Positions 62,612-64,000 of a DNA stretch of 64,000 bases are shown piece by piece. The position numbers were made by a program, and so were the translations under genes. The notes below the pieces were generated by a model. The model searched no databases. It had not been told where the DNA came from and saw only the letters and a program-made list of their open reading frames with translations. The stretch's first letter is position 1. The number at the start of each line of letters is the position of its first letter. This DNA is from Bacteroidales bacterium (GTDB lineage: Bacteria > Bacteroidota > Bacteroidia > Bacteroidales > WRLA01), in the NCBI GenBank assembly GCA_963676725.1, contig OY781463.1:2786398-2850397 (forward strand), given 5' to 3'.

Positions 62612-63985
62612 ATGTTAAAAATCATGAATATACATAAAATAATCTTTGGGCTAAGCTTGCTGATATTTGGCCATACTGGGCTTTTTGCCCAACAAAGTTA
62701 CAGCCTGCAACAATGCCGAGATACAGCCTTGGCCTTAAATAAAACCCTTAAGAATTCTGGCTTTCAAATTGATGAAGCCCAAGCAAATAAAAAAGCCGCT
62801 TTTACAAATTTCCTGCCAACTTTTGAAGCAAATGCCAGTACTTTGATTGTACCTGATATGGAAAATATTGGCATGTCCGGTGGGTTTCTACCTACAGCAA
62901 ATAGTCTGGAAGAAGCGCAACAAGGCATTTATAGTGGAACGAGTAATGTCTATTCGCCCGGCTTTTCGCTCGATATGGATGAATTAATCTATTCCACCGC
63001 AGATATTACTGTTTCTCAGGCTGTTTATGCCGGTGGTAAAATCCGTAACAGCAATAAAATATATGATAAAGCCCTTGAAATTAGTCAGGAAAATTATACC
63101 CTAAACAAAAACCTGATTATTGAAGATATTGACAGGGCTTATTGGACTGCAGTCGCAGTAAAGGAAAGCCATAAGCTTGCGAATGCGTACATCAAACTAT
63201 TGAGTGAGCTCGAAGAACAGTTGACCGACAGCTATGAATTGGGACTTACACCACGCAGTGACCTTTTGCAGGTACGTGTTCAAAAAAACGAGGCGCAGCT
63301 CAATGAAATTAAAGTACGCAATGGTTTAAAACTCGCCAAAATGCAAATCTGTCAAATTATGGGCATCAATATCCAAACAAAAATAGTATTAACTGATACG
63401 ATCCTCAGCCAAAGCATTATGCCCGACACACTTGCATGCATTCCAAAAGCATTAGGGCAGCGTCAGGAGCTGAGTATTTTGAGCAGGCAAATAGAGATAA
63501 GTGAATTGCAAAGAAAAATTGTTCAGGCAGACTTTCTTCCACAAATTGGTGTCGGTGCAAGCTATTCATATGCGCATGTAAACGACCTGATTGACGGCAG
63601 CTGGAATAGCATGATTTCCGGTCAAATCAATATCCCAATTTTTCATTGGCGCGAAAGCAAACATAAAATAATGGCAGCCAAATTAAAAATCCAACAAGTT
63701 GAAATGCAAAAAGCGGATGCTAGTGACCTCATCAGCCTGGAAGTTAGCCGCAGCATTACGCTTCTGGAAGAAAGCCTCGAAGCCATAAACTTATCGCATA
63801 AAAGCCTCGCCGAATCAGAAGAAAGCCTGGAAGAAACGCAAATTGGCTATGATGCCGGTTTAAATACAATTACTCAGGTTCTTGATGCTCAAGCCAGTTG
63901 GCAAAATGCTTATACAAATCTGATACACTCATTAGCCAATTTTGAAATAGCAAAAGCGAGCTATAAACGCAGTATTGGACTATAA
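62612..63985 (+). CDS. TolC-family outer membrane protein
   Basis: Two OEP-like repeats; follows the RND permease. Confidence 0.92.
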   Translation: MLKIMNIHKIIFGLSLLIFGHTGLFAQQSYSLQQCRDTALALNKTLKNSGFQIDEAQANKKAAFTNFLPTFEANASTLIVPDMENIGMSGGFLPTANSLEEAQQGIYSGTSNVYSPGFSLDMDELIYSTADITVSQAVYAGGKIRNSNKIYDKALEISQENYTLNKNLIIEDIDRAYWTAVAVKESHKLANAYIKLLSELEEQLTDSYELGLTPRSDLLQVRVQKNEAQLNEIKVRNGLKLAKMQICQIMGINIQTKIVLTDTILSQSIMPDTLACIPKALGQRQELSILSRQIEISELQRKIVQADFLPQIGVGASYSYAHVNDLIDGSWNSMISGQINIPIFHWRESKHKIMAAKLKIQQVEMQKADASDLISLEVSRSITLLEESLEAINLSHKSLAESEESLEETQIGYDAGLNTITQVLDAQASWQNAYTNLIHSLANFEIAKASYKRSIGL

Positions 63986-64000
63986 CGCAAAGCGAAAAAA

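Noticed and set aside
58491..63985. RND operon as island cargo or novel system
   Set aside because: Outside attR; ordinary tripartite efflux organisation

Overview
Bacteroidetes-type DNA (TAnnTTTG promoters, T9SS cargo proteins). After the 3' part of uvrA, a ~40 kb integrative element (~1979-42290) sits in a palindromic site. It carries a tyrosine integrase, excisionase-like HTH genes, a replication-like module and an integron-like platform. The platform is a 485-aa tyrosine recombinase lacking the IntI-specific insertion, followed in the same orientation by a promoter, an attI-like site and 12 attC-like hairpin sites. These delimit single-gene, ORF-less and multi-gene cassettes. Five of the 12 sites are hit by mobile elements: two group IIC introns (one ORF-less), one class D group II intron and two IS1182 copies with CCGT duplications. 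An IS1595 and an IS91 remnant are also present. Outside the element are a T9SS protein, an array of orphan Rhs-CT/immunity modules with conserved anchors at both ends, a gene split at a poly-G tract, and an RND efflux operon. Family assignments are by eye; no searches were run.
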